Shown here: piece after piece, positions 26,836 through 39,723 of the stretch
Layout: each line of letters opens with the position of its first letter
How positions within the stretch are numbered: the first letter of the stretch is position 1
Assembly (NCBI RefSeq): GCF_001194135.2
Contig: NC_068993.1
Coordinates: 36,702,259-36,766,258 of the forward strand
Length of the DNA: 64,000 nucleotides
DNA from: Octopus bimaculoides
Lineage: Eukaryota
Reading direction: 5' to 3'
The notes under the pieces: model-generated
Database searches by the model: none
The model's input: only the letters and a program-made list of their open reading frames with translations
What the model was told of the DNA's origin: nothing
Translations under genes and position numbers: made by a program

Positions 26836-27800
26836 CTACATATATATACACACACACATATTGTTTATCCAAGTTTATTTACTGAAGTGAGGTTTAATTT
26901 ATTTACCATATATTGCTTAAGAAATAAACAATTATTTCTGCATTATTTTCCAGCAAAAAGAAAAAAAAATGCTCAAAATAGAGAGGTATTATTAATTCTT
27001 ATCTTTAATTGACTAACTATTCAGAGAATGACAACAATTTGTGAGACAATCTTAGCTTGAAGTAAAATGACATATGATACAATATTATTTACATGCATTC
27101 AATACATCTGGCTTCATACAGCAACTATAATTATGCTGAACATTTTGTCTAATACAATCTTTGCATTATGGAAGATAAAACCAGGCTATATTACAATAGC
27201 AGAACAATGTAAGTCACAGGTTTCATTTAATTTATTGGAAAATTGCTGCACTAAGTCAGAACACTGGATGATAAAAAAAAAAAATAATTACTTTTTAATG
27301 TGGTTTCTCAAGAAGGAGAACAAGAGATTCATTGCTTAATAGAAACATTTCTGGAATTTTAAGAGGTTTAGATTGGTCAGTGGAAAAAAAAAAAGTATGT
27401 AGGGTTTTCTTTTTTTATGGCTTCTTTAGCAGGACAGTGTCAATGACATCTGCAGGAATTCCAAGATTAGCAGAGAAAAAGGACAATGAAAGCATGACTT
27501 ACAGGCTATTTTCAGACCAGAGAACTGGTGATAGATTAAGTCTACCCACCCATGTGCAGTTTATCCAACAAGCTTCTGCACAATTTCCATCTATCCAGTT
27601 TCACTTTGAAGGCTTGAGTTAACTTGAGATAAACACAGAAGACACTTTGCCTCAGATGCTGTCCAGTGGTATTGAACATGGAACCATGTGGTTGTGAAGT
27701 AAACTTCTCAATCACATGAACATGGAGAAGGGCCATTGATCCTATCCTAAAGCTTACAAAGTCAAGAAGGGGTGCTAGGGTAGATAAAACCAGAACATAC

Positions 27801-27885
27801 CTGGGTTGTTGCAGTAGATTCTTATGTTACATAGTTCAAACAAGAAATCTTCTGACTCCAGATCAGAAGCTTGCAGGTTTGAGTC
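27801..27885 (-). CDS. Coding exon DSNLQASDLESEDFLFELCNIRIYCNNP+g, phase 0 to 1
   Basis: Acceptor ttttgaagttacag, consensus donor cag|gtatgt. Only one of three frames is open. Confidence 0.75.
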
Positions 27886-28544
27886 CTGTAACTTCAAAAT
27901 TCACTATAACCACCCATACCACCACCACCGCCACCACTTTAATAACAACAACAACAAAAATAATTTCAAGTTAGGATTCAAAGTAACAAGTGGAAGTGAT
28001 GTTAGAAGAGGCAACAAGAAGCCAGTGTTCTGTTTGGATAAGGTGCTCCATTCTTTCAGAGTGTTTACAGAAGGTAGATTTTTGGTTCTTATATAGAATT
28101 ATTGACAATGTGTAATTCAAGACAAAAATACTTTAGTCAGGGTGTGTAAAACTTTTTGAAGCAAGCTGACTATGTTGGATTCAAAGACAATATTGAAGAT
28201 TGTCACTGTCAGATAATATTGCAAAGATCAAAATTCAAGTAGCAGAACCACTTGGCAATCCTACTGCCAGTCTGTTCTAAATATCATCAACAGTTCCTTT
28301 TGTATAGTTGGCAGCTGTAAAGAAATTCTTCAATATACAACATAAACAAGTTTTTCATCATGTTAAGTTAGTTTCTACAGGATTGCCTGACTAGTTAGAA
28401 ATAGCAGCCAAATCTTCCTCAAATCGTACCCTACTATCTTAAAAAAGGAAAGATGCATTGGAGATACTTTAAAAATATGAGATGGTCATGGTTAGAATAC
28501 CTTTGATCATAAGGTTTCTTGGATCAAGGTTGATCTAAGATTTC

Positions 28545-29150
28545 AGAAGCGTGCTTCCCAATCACATGGTTCCGGGTTCAGTTCCACAGTGTGGCACCTT
28601 GGACAAGTATCTTTTACTATAACCTCAGGCCAACCAAAGCCTTGTGAGTGGATTTGGTAAGAAGATTAACTGAAAGAAGGCTGCGAGCTTGCAGAAACGT
28701 TAGCACACCGGGCGAAATGCTTAGCGGTATTTCATCTGCCGTTATGTTCTGAGTTGAAATTCCGCTGAGGTCGACTTTGCCTTTCATCCTTTCAGGGTTG
28801 ATAAATTAAATACCAGTTACACACTGGGGTCGATGTAATCGACTTAATCCCTTTGTCTTGTTTGTCCCCTCTATGTATAGCCCCTTGTGGGCAGTAAAGA
28901 AATAAGAAACTGAAAGACGTCTGTTGTATATACATATATATTTTTATGTCTGTTCCCTGCCAGTGCTTGACAACTGGTGTTGGTATGTTTAAAATCCCTG
29001 TAACTTAACAGTTCAGCAACAGAAACTGATAGAATAGGCTTTAAAAAAATAATAAGTACTAGGCTTGATTCATTCAACTAAAAGTTTTTCAAGGCAGTGC
29101 TTCAGCATAGCCAGAGTCTGATGACTGAAGCAAGTAAAAGATAAAAGATA
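28545..29150 (+). mobile_element. Family-A SINE interrupted by a family-B SINE (28679-28907) with a 10-bp target duplication
   Basis: aactgaaaga at 28668-28677 and 28908-28917 flanks the insert; family A resumes afterwards. Confidence 0.85.
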
Positions 29151-29204
29151 TATTATTATACCATAACTAAATAGTTTTAACCATTACTAGAATTAGTAGC
29201 CTCT

Positions 29205-29326
29205 TATTGTTATTACCTTTCATCCTTTCAGGGTTGATAATTTAAGTACCAGTGAAACACTGGGGCCGATGTAATCGACTAGTCCTCTCCCCTAAAATTT
29301 CAAGCCTTTTGCCTTTAGTAGAAAGG

Positions 29327-29385
<59 letters not shown>

Positions 29386-29820
29386 TAAGTAGGGTGGCAA
29401 GCTGGCAGAACACTGTTACTACATCAGACAAAATGCTTAGCAATGCTTCTTCCAGTCCTTTACATTCTGAATTCAAACTCCACCGACATCGACTCTGCCT
29501 TTCATCCTTTCAGGGTTAATGAAATAAAGTACCAGCCAAGTACGGGGATCAAAGTAATCAACTAGCCACCTCCCTCAAAATTTCAGGCCTTGTGCCTATA
29601 GTAGAAAGATTTATCATTATTTTTTAAGGAAGGTGGCAAACTGGCAGAATCCTTAGCATGTCTGACAAATTGTTTAGTGGCATTTCTTCTGGTTGACTCT
29701 ACCTTTCATAATTTCAGGGTTGATGAAATAAAGTGCCTGTTAAGTGCTGGGGGTTGATGTAATTGACCTGCCCCCATCCCTCAAAATTTCTGGCCTTGTG
29801 CCAAAATTAGAAACCAATAT
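29205..29820 (+). mobile_element. Three head-to-tail family-B SINEs separated by (ATT)n
   Basis: Repeated head-core-tail units with a long (ATT)n at about 29328-29385. Confidence 0.85.
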
Positions 29821-31607
29821 TTGTTTTTTTAAATTTCTAAATGGATATGTGCTTTAAAAGACATGACAATTATTTAAGTGATAAAGCTATGGACAACAAC
29901 TTAACAGAGATATTAACTCTAAAATCACAAAAGGCTATTATAAGTACACGACATAATACAAGTCATGTCTATTACAATCTGGTGCTTAAGAAGTTGGAGA
30001 TAAGGATTAAAAACAGAGACAAGTGGATGGATAGATGATTCCATCAAATATAGAAAGAGAAAGAAAAAGATTTTAAAAAGAAAGTATGAAAAATCATAGA
30101 ATATAATCAAGACAACAAGAAACACTGAATATGTCAGCCGTAAGATGATAGGGAAAATGCGATCAACTGAAAGCAGTGGAATGAACAAGGAAAACATGGG
30201 CGAGGAATTGGTTATGTTCTAAACACTTAATTGGTGGGAAAGAGGATGATGTGGTACTTGGTGCTATGTGATGATGAGGAAATAACAAGAGCTTGACTGA
30301 GATGAGCTGGGATATGTTCTATTGTAGACCTGTCCAAACTGAGACCAACATAGAAGAATAGAGGATAAAATGAGAATGATATTCATGATGAACTTGAAAG
30401 AAATTGTTTCCGTAACTTATAATCCATTTCTCATATCTAACCACTTAACTTTTAAGTCAAGAGTGGAACCTATTATTGGCCAGGCAAACTGAAACAAACA
30501 GAAGGATGTGCTTTGCTTAAGAGCATAATAGAGTGGCTATAGTAAACTGTTCTATAATCAGTTGTCCAACAGCTTAGCTGTATGACCAATAAACAGACAC
30601 TATACCAAATAGAAGGGTATGCTTGGTATGGTAGCGATTTAATAATCAACCACATGATTGAAGACTGAAACTTAATTCAAATGCAAAACAGAAGCTTTAG
30701 TTGTTGCTATATCTAATGACCTGCATTAGCTGCAGTGGCATAACCATGTTCAGCCCATCCTGCAAGGATATACAAATATCAACAAGATCTCATTTCTGTA
30801 TTAGTATAAAGCAATGGCACAAAGAGCAACAAAACTTACACACATACACAACAGAACTAATTACATATATCGATCTACACACACACATCTTATTTTCTTT
30901 ATCCATTAAGAATCTTTTGAATCCTTTTATTTTTTGTCTTTGTTTACAAAAAATTTCTAATGCAGTGTAAACATTTCTTTGATACCCAGAGACAAAAAAC
31001 AGTTGACAATGGCACGAAATCAAATCTATCTGAGATTTTATAAGAATATCCACAAAGCTGTCTAGAGCACACAAATGTTACCTTTCATCAGCTGATGTTA
31101 CATCACCAACAGGGTGCAAGAATAGCCACGAGGCTGAGAAATGTGCTTTACAACCACATTGTTTTGGGTTCAATCCTAATGCACAGTATCTTGAGAAATG
31201 AAATTTTACCAAAGTTGTTGGACAGAAGCTGTATGGAAACTGGTCAGAAGGTGTCTTCCTGACATAGAGGTCCCTAACCATGAGGTCGCAGATCATTTGG
31301 TACAGGGCCGCACAGAAAGAATACATTTGAAAACTCTATTTCTACTTTTTCCACTATATCAGTTTGCAGGGTCTTTCTGTATTATATATATATATAAATT
31401 CAATATGTAACAATTAAATCATTTATTATGCACTTTGTGTTTTATTATGTGCATGACAACCCCTCCTCCACTCCATGGAAAAAAATTGTCCAGCATGAAA
31501 CCAATCTATGGAGCCAAAAAAGGTTGAGGACAGCTGACCTAGCCCATAGGTGTCTTTAGTGAACACACACTGTTACATTCAGGTCACATCTCTGGTAAAC
31601 TTTCTAC

Positions 31608-31664
31608 TTTTCTCCTATCAGTCTCAGCAACTTTGAATATATCATCAGCACTACCCATACCCAT
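31608..31664 (-). CDS. Coding exon MGMGSADDIFKVAETDRRK (phase 0 to 0); read-through gives ...VESLPEM* with the stop at 31584-31586
   Basis: Very strong acceptor (about 28 T then acattacttag). Internal donor aaa|gtagaa is weak, so the 3' boundary is uncertain. Confidence 0.6.
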
Positions 31665-31672
31665 CTAAGTAA

Positions 31673-31703
<31 letters not shown>

Positions 31704-32945
31704 GACTAAAAATATAAGGAATTTGGTGATGGAGAGATTTCATTAAGTCTTTTTTTTTTTTTTTATTAGCTCACTATAATTAATCTTATACTTGATTACT
31801 GAAAGAAATTTAATGAAATATTTGACTTCAGGATATTAAGCAGCTGAATTTTGAAGTTCATTAGTATCCTCTCTAGAATAGTAACAAAATATAGTATCTT
31901 TAACATAGTAACAAACTATAAGAATATTATTACCCATTGATTCCCCACTCCGTCTCCATCCCAATAACATTGTCTATCCAATAATACTCTTGCTCCATTC
32001 ACTCACCACAAATATTGTAAGGTTGTGAGGTGTCTTTATTTCAGTCTCACTAAGGACTCACCAACCTCTTTAATGTTTGTGCCTAGCAAAAATACACCAG
32101 TGCACTTGGTAAAGTGATTGGTGTTAGCAAGGATGTCCAACCATAAAAAAAACAAAACAAATCCAAAATGACAAGTATGGGTACCAACTTATAAGAGTAG
32201 TGGTTCCAGTAAGAAATGCCTGAGATCATACATCATTGTTAAACAAATGATTTTCAGCAAATGCAGATTTGATTGCAGTATTTCTTAGTGTGATGATAGC
32301 TTTTTATTTCATTGTCAATGGAAAGGTCATATTCAATTTATCTATCCATGAAATCACTAAGAAATCCAGTATCATTAATACTGAGGTTATTCAGATGGAG
32401 TTTTATAATCTTTTCTACTCTAGGCACAAGGCCTGAAATTTTTGGGGAGGGGGCCAGTCGATTAGATCAACCCCAGTATGCAACTAATATTTAATTTATT
32501 GACCCCAAAAGGATGAAAGGCAAAGTCGACTTTGGTAGAATTTGAACTCAGAATGTATAGACAGACGAAATACCGCTAAGCATTTCGGCCAGCGTGCTAA
32601 CGTTTCTGCCAACTCACTGCCTTAAATGGAGTTTTATAATTCCAAAACAAATGTTTAATGATTAAAGTTAAAAAAAGAAAAAAAAGGAAAGGATAAGTAG
32701 ATCAGTTATGAAATCAGTAAGAAATGTTTGCCTAAAATAGAATTTCCTGGCAGGCTGTTTCTAATAATGTTTGTTCTGACTTCCACTCTTTTATTACTAT
32801 ATTTCTGTTGAGATGTGCTGCTTTTGCTTTAACTAATTTTGAAAATAGAGAACTTCAGCAGAGATCCATCATTTCAGCCTGGACAACTGAAGGCTCCTCA
32901 TGTCCAAGAATGCCCAGAGTCCTTGAACCACCACCTTAAACATAC

Positions 32946-33023
32946 TGATGTATACAGTAACATGTATTTATTATATCTTTCAACTTCTCTATACAAGCAT
33001 TGTCTCACGTTAAATACGAAAGA
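32946..33023 (-). CDS. Coding exon SFVFNVRQCLYREVERYNKYMLLYTS, phase 0 to 0
   Basis: Acceptor aatttgttag, donor tca|gtatgt, 78 nt open and in phase with 31608-31664. Confidence 0.62.
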
Positions 33024-33266
33024 CTAACAAATTATTATGGTGTGAAAACTGAAAGGTGCCATATGATGACTGCCAATATCATTATACAATACGAACAATT
33101 AACTGATAAGTTCAAGAAGAAAAGAAGATAGGCACAATTTTAGTTTTGAGATGGCAATATAAAATCAATGCAAATGTTTGCAGATAGTATATAGTATTTC
33201 AATAGATGCTATGTTGTTCAAGTACAAGAAAATAAATACTTTAATGCAGTAAAATATATTGAATAC

Positions 33267-33316
33267 TATTGATTTTGGTCGGTTGGTGTTGTCATTTTCC
33301 ATGTTTCCTTCATATC
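33267..33316 (-). CDS. Candidate exon (G)YEGNMENDNTNRPKSI, phase 1 to 0
   Basis: Acceptor supplied by a (TTA)n tract plus tag; weak donor ata|gtattc. Chosen mainly because it bridges phases between 36158-36207 and 32946-33023. Confidence 0.38.
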
Positions 33317-33317
33317 C

Positions 33318-33357
<40 letters not shown>

Positions 33358-33950
33358 TCTTCAAATTTTGGTACAAGGTCAGCTATTTCAGGGAAGGGCG
33401 TAAGTTGATTACATCAATTGGTTCTTATTTTATCAACCCCGTAAAGATGAAAAGTCAAAGCTGACCATAGCAGAATTTGAACTTGGAATGCAAAAAGATA
33501 GAAAAAATATTGCAAAGCAATTTTTCTGACACTCAAACAGGTTTGCCAATCCTCCCCAGCAATAATAATGGTTTCAAATTTTAGCACAAGGCCAGCAATT
33601 ATTAGGAGACAATCAATTACATTGTCTCTAAGAAAATGAAAAGCAAAGTAGACCTCAGAAAAATTTGAAATGAGAACATAAAGAGTTGCAAAAAATACCA
33701 AGCATTAATAATAATAGTAACCCTTCCAACTTTAGGCACAAGGCCTGGAACTTTGGGGAAGGGGGCTAGTCGATTACATCAACCCCAGTGCTCAACTGGT
33801 ACTTATTGACCCTGAAAGGATGAAAAGCAAAGTATACCTTGGTGGAATTTGAACTCAGAACAGGAAGATAGACAAAATACTTTAAAGCATTTGGTCAGGC
33901 ATGCTAACAATTCTGTCAGCTCACCACCTTAAATAATAACAGGCCTTAAC

Positions 33951-35150
33951 AGAGTGTGGAAATAGTATGAACACGAACCAGAAGGAGTTACTGAGAACAA
34001 GGAATATAAGATACTGTAGAATTTTACAATCTAATGTGACTCCCTAATCGAGGCTTGGAGACCAGATATTGTTGTGATAGATAAAGGAAAAAAGGAAACC
34101 AAGATTATAGATATTGCAATACCTGGAGATTCATGCATAAATGACAAAAACTAGAAAAGATTGAAAAATACAGACTACTAAAAAACGAAATTGCAAGAAT
34201 GTGGACTATGAGGAGAGTGTCTGTCATTCCAATAGTTGTAGGGACACTCGGAGCATTAACAAACGAGTTTGAGAAAATGTCAGAGAAATTGACATGAGAG
34301 CAAAGCAAGCCCCCTCTAATAGCAGGCTGCTGTCTGCTCTCACAGAATCTACCAGAGCAAATAAGATCGAGCGCTCCGTGAAAGCAGAGACTAAACGTTT
34401 CATACTGGCGGCACAAGATCAAAGCTTGTTTACCAAAAACTACCAGGCTAATGTACTTCAAAATGGTTCTGACCCTAGCCTCGGGATGTCCTGTGCTGAC
34501 ACCAAATGAATACAAAAATTACCACAATAGGGTATGACAGTTTTTACATTGGAAAATATGTAAACACTACAAAATTAGCATTCCTGCTTACTGGTATGAA
34601 CATCGTCCTGAACCAGTTGCTGAAGGTAAAAATGTTACTATCGTCTGGGATTTTCCTCTCAACACCGACAGAATGATCTAGACTAATCAACCAGACATAG
34701 TCATTAAAGACAGGGAAGAAAATACTTGTAGACTAACAGATGTAAGTGTTCCTACTGATAAAAATATATCTGTAAAGGAATTTGATAAATTAAGTAAATA
34801 TAAGGACATGAAAATTGAAATACAAAAGATGTGGCATCATGAAATGAGGATTGTTCCAGCTATTGTGGGTGCCCGAGGTATATCTAGATGATATACCAGG
34901 AGAACCATGTTTCAGAGATATCCAAAAGATTGTGCTGACAAGTACTGCCCACACCCTTAGAAAAACCCTATCAATTTAAATGTCTGTGTTGTATTACATG
35001 AAGATATTTTGCTACTGCCCCTGCCACTTCCCCTCCCCAAGCTTTCAGTCATACTGTAACATCTCATCCTTCACTCATCCTAGGATGCTGGGTGTGCCTC
35101 AGCAAGTGATTGTAACAAACACGCAGATTAAAAATAAATAATAATAAAAA
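33951..35150 (+). mobile_element. Two fused R4/Dong-like non-LTR retrotransposon 3' fragments (restriction-like endonuclease domain) with 3'UTR and (AAT)n end
   Basis: Fragment 1 (33951-34290): YEHEPEGVTENKEYKIL...RPDIVVIDK...IIDIAIPGD...KIEKY...IPIVVGTLG. Fragment 2 (34378-34979): ETKRFILAAQDQSL...SGCPVL...WYEHRPEPV...WDF...QPDIVIKD...DVSVP...KYKD...KIVLTSTAHTLRK. Stops and frameshifts present. Confidence 0.9.
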
Positions 35151-36157
35151 TAGTGGTGATGGTGGTGGTGGTGGTGATGATGGTTTTTGTACTGGCCTTG
35201 ATTAGACTGATTCAATTATCAAAATATTTTGGATCTGTTTCCCCATGATCATCTCTGGATGATCTGTGGAATGATTTACTTTTGCATATTTACAGAAACA
35301 GAACCAGAGATTATTAAACTGAGTGCTAAATGGTTAGTCAACCATGAATTTCTATGAATTGATAACTACTATCAGGCACTCACTGAAGTCAATAAACCAG
35401 TAAACTTGGAATCAAGGTTCAGACCCCTAAATAATCATGTAACAAATGGTTCACCTCACAATCAGTAATTAACCAGAAATACAAAGGGATCAAATCTAGA
35501 ATTAATATAACAATGCCAGTGATTTAGTATTTGAAACAAACACCAATTAAAGTTAGTTTGTTATTTCAGTGTGTATAACTGGTATAGGAGTGAAAAACTA
35601 TCTTAAACAGAACAGACTTTTAATGTGAAAATGAGTAGAAAAAAAAAATTATATATTTTGACATATCTTAAAACTGATAATATTAGACCAAATGTTGACC
35701 AGTTTCTGTTAACAACTATTTTTATTGCTAGAAAAGAACCCAAATAAATTCCAACAGAAATTTGACCCACCAGAGGATGGTCATTAACACTTTTGTAACC
35801 AATTCAGCTGAGACCACTCCTGATTTTATATTACAAACTTCCTGTTCAAAGTGATCTAAATCAAACAAGACCTTATATCAAAATACCATGTTAAGTTATG
35901 TATCAAACACCAATTTAATAATGATAGTTATTTTACTAAATTCTTCATTATTTTCAAAATTAGATGACACAAAAGCAATGTATTTCACCAGAAATACAGT
36001 AACAAAAGGGTTAAAGTAGGTTTTATGTACCCACCCCCACCCAAGTTTTCATTAATCACTGACCTATTCTAAAGAGAGTAAACTATTTTAATTTAAACTC
36101 AAATGACAGAAACAGATTGAAGTAAATGGCTACACTGCTGATCCTCTGATCCAATAC

Positions 36158-36207
36158 CTGCTACTACACCAGTTGAGTGACGCCACACCTGAGCAAGGAA
36201 CATAACT
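36158..36207 (-). CDS. Candidate exon (Q)VMFLAQVWRHSTGVVA+g, phase 2 to 1
   Basis: Acceptor ttgatttcag, donor cag|gtattg. Joins in frame to 42469-42605. Confidence 0.55.
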
Positions 36208-37882
36208 CTGAAATCAATTTGTCTGTAGAACACCTGGTTCCACCAAGTTTACAACTGGTTAGTGGTAGAAGAGTATCTACAACAAAAAATACTAAAATTC
36301 TACCAACCTACCATGTTGATATGAAGACAAGGAAACAAGACAATAAAACAGTAATGTGCACGTATGCACCACTGTATAGAGATCCAGTTTACGAGGTATA
36401 GGAACTTAACCTAATTAAGGAAGGATGTCTTTTCTCCTAAAAATTGTTTATGATTTTTGTCATTATCATTGTTATATCCTAGAAATTGCTTTTTAATGTG
36501 GCTGTATGGTGAGAAGTTTGTTTCCCAACCATGTAGTTCTGAGTTGAGTTCCATTTAGAGGCACCTTGGGCAGGGTCTTCTACAAAAGCCCCTAGCTGAT
36601 CAAAGCCTTTTGTGTGGATTTGGTTGACAGTAACTGAAAGAAGCTCATTGTAAATGTAAGTGTGTGTGTGTGTGTATGTTTCTGTCTCTTTGTCATGATT
36701 TTGCATGATAGTCATGAATGAGTGTTATTGCCATTCATTTCCAATTCTGTGAAAACGTCTGGCTCCAGGGACATATTACCTTGCTGGGAAACAGGTGAAG
36801 GTTAGTAACAAGAAAGGCACCTGGCCATAGTAAATCTACCTCAAATACCTATGCAGGCATGGAAAAGCAGACATTAAATGATGATCATAAAAAATGTCAG
36901 AGTTTATTGACCTGCCCAGATATCCTTCTAAAATCATGATCTACACAGTGTAGCTATCAATTCCAGCTCTAGAAATATTGCACCATCCTTAATCTGAAGG
37001 AACCACATGCCAATATTTTACACCAGGGAGATGTAAACAGATCAGAAATCTGGCTAGCAGTACCAGCAGAATGCTACTATTGTTGTGTCAAGTCAAAAAT
37101 GGCTGAGACTAGCCACTTGCAACATAAAATAGCTGGCAGGGGAAGTTTGTCAAAGTGGCTTTTATACTGTTATTTAGGTTAAAGATAAGCACACAACCTT
37201 TTAATTTTAGAGTTGTACGGAGAAAAAAAACATCATCGGCTGATTCCATCAAAAGGTAAAACACCATTTAAAAGTACTAAAAAAGAAAAAAACAGTAACT
37301 TATAATAATGACACCAGTAGTCATAGAAGTATTTTATTATATAACATCATGGTCTACTTTGATTTTTGTTTTACCATTCATATTACCACTATGAGGGTAC
37401 CTCAGCTATCACTACCAGCTTAACATTTTGGTTTTGGCTTTCTCTTTATACTCAGCAAATCTATGTTCCAGCATTCTACTGGTTTAATAGTGGTTAATAG
37501 CAGGACAGTTAAGGGCAGGTACTAGAAGCAAAAAGCATCTAAGTACATGCTAATAGCAGACCTAAACAAGGTAAACTGGATATCAATGCAAATATTGTAA
37601 TAGTCATTGTTGATATCAACTTTGTAAAGAAGTGTATGTGACTACTAGCAGTAAAATTGGCAAAATGACTTCCTATCTTATTGATAAAAACATATGGAGA
37701 GATAGGGGCTCAAACAATAATGTACCAGTTAGTGTTAACTTCATGGTGCAGGCTGTAATAAAAAGCTAACTAGAAATTATGCAATCTATCAAGGCAGGGG
37801 GACAACTCTGAACATGTATTAATGTTACTATAACCTCATCAGTAAAGCAGAGATTTTGTAACACACACCAAAGTTAGTGAAG

Positions 37883-39071
37883 TACGGTAAAAACTCATGT
37901 AATTTGCACATCTGTGTAATTTATGTAAATACTCATGTAATTTGCACATCTGTGTAATTTATCCAAACAGGATAAAACTTGTTAGGAAAAAAAAAAAAAA
38001 CTTCTACTTGTCTAAAATTCACATGTAAAAGTTTTTAGAATTGCCAATATGGCCAGGGGGAAAAGGTTTTCAATTACTTATGATTAGATTTAATTAAATT
38101 TTCATTAAATAAAAATAATTTGTTTAACAGGTATCACACTGAAAGCTATTAAATTATGAAGTGTTTGTGTTGTTTATAAATTTATTTTACATTTCATGCC
38201 CACAAGAGATTATGTCCGATCTTTAGCATACTGCTGTGTGTCTTCTCAAATCACAATCACAGGAAAAGTTATTAATTCTTATCAACAAAAACAAAGCTGA
38301 TAAATATGCACTAGTGTTGCAAAATAAGTTTAATTACCAATAAACATCAGCTTGGATGACAATTTACTCAACCGACAGAGGAAGGTGACCAATCAAACTG
38401 ATTATGTAAACAGAATTCTGATGGGTCAAAAGTGTCTTCTTGTCTCAAGCTCTGATTTTCTGCCTATTCTTGTCGGAACCTTTGATATGGAGCATCGAAA
38501 TTTTAATCCCTTTCACACTTATAAAATGTCAAGCAAACTTCATGCGCAAAGATGAATTATGATGTCATTGTTGACATTAGATGCAGTAAAAGCTGATATC
38601 AGCGATGAGGAATTTCATTGTGTCGTAATGTGGAGAAAGCGACCAAATAGCCTCCTAGTGTAAACGCAAGCTAGACTCTCTAAGTGGAGAAAAACTGATC
38701 TATTTAAGGAAATTGCTGGGCTCCATTGTGATAGGTAAAAACTACAAGCAATGTAAAATATGGCCTGGACCGTGATTACCAGCACGAACGTCAAACTTCA
38801 AAAAGCAGTTTACGATTTAATGGTTTTAGTAAATTTATACAGAAAAAGTAAGCATTATACCGTCCAGCATAAATAAAAGTCAACTTCATTATATTTTTTT
38901 TGTAAAAACCTATTCAGACATTAAATGCGCTAATTTCACATGTCATTTTTCAACAAAAAAAATTTCTAAAAAAATTCTGGAAACGATCTACTCATGTAAT
39001 TTACATAACCCCTAAAATTTATTTTTGTTTTTGTGAAAACAAGTGCATAAATTACATGGATTTTTACAGTA
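37883..39071. mobile_element. pogo/Tigger-like DNA transposon derivative (about 1.2 kb), TA TSD
   Basis: TA-cggtaaaaactcatgtaatttgcac ... gtgcataaattacatggatttttacag-TA, with an internal ~31-bp subterminal duplication at 37893-37961. Confidence 0.8.
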
Positions 39072-39506
39072 AATGTAGAAAAATTTAGAGTTGGTGGTGT
39101 AGAATATTAGGATTGCTCAAAGAATAGACCAATTAAATTATGTGATAAGGACTAATTAAACCTAAAATGTTCAGGTCACTCAATCAGAGTTAGAACTTGG
39201 GAGAGGAATGGAAATTGAAACTGTTTTCATCTAGTTTCCCAAAATACATACAAACTGTTATGTTTCTCTCCTAATTAACAGATGCCTGTAACATAGGAGC
39301 ATTAAGGGGAGGGAAGGAGAGCTTTGAAAAAAGGTGTAAAGCTGTGGTATTATCAAATTTTAGATTAATTAAAATTCCAAATTTTGAGATTAGGGTGTAT
39401 TTTATCTACACTTGAAATAAAAACTAAACCATAGTTTATAGGGAAGTTTATAATACCAACATATAACCTTTTGTATTGCTATCATTCTCCAATAACTACT
39501 TTAAGT

Positions 39507-39723
39507 CTATTAAACCTTGGGAGAGGCATTATGCCGGTAATAAACACACGCACTGGAATAAATGGAAGTGGAGAGACGGGTTACTGAAGAAATTGCAAGA
39601 GTGCAATGAAATGAATTAACAAAAAAAAAAAAAAGAAAACTAAATACTGTTTATAAATAAATAAAGGACTGAACCAGTGCGTGTGTTTATTACCGGCATA
39701 ATGCTTCTCCCAAGGTTTAATAG
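39507..39723. repeat. 50-bp near-perfect inverted repeats enclosing a hammerhead-like core
   Basis: 39507-39556 versus 39674-39723: 49 of 50 identical. CTGAAGA-A-ATTGCA agag TGCAAT-GAAA at 39584-39611. Confidence 0.9.

Larger units (their letters stand above)
32410..33932 (-). mobile_element. Cluster of family-B SINEs (32410-32625, 33355-33560, 33570-33710, 33725-33932) around two host exons
   Basis: Family-B match in reverse; the 32410 copy is close to consensus. Confidence 0.85.

Noticed and set aside
31081-31132. Apparent exon SWLFLHPVGDVTSADE
   Set aside because: The acceptor and most of the exon lie in the head of a family-A SINE.
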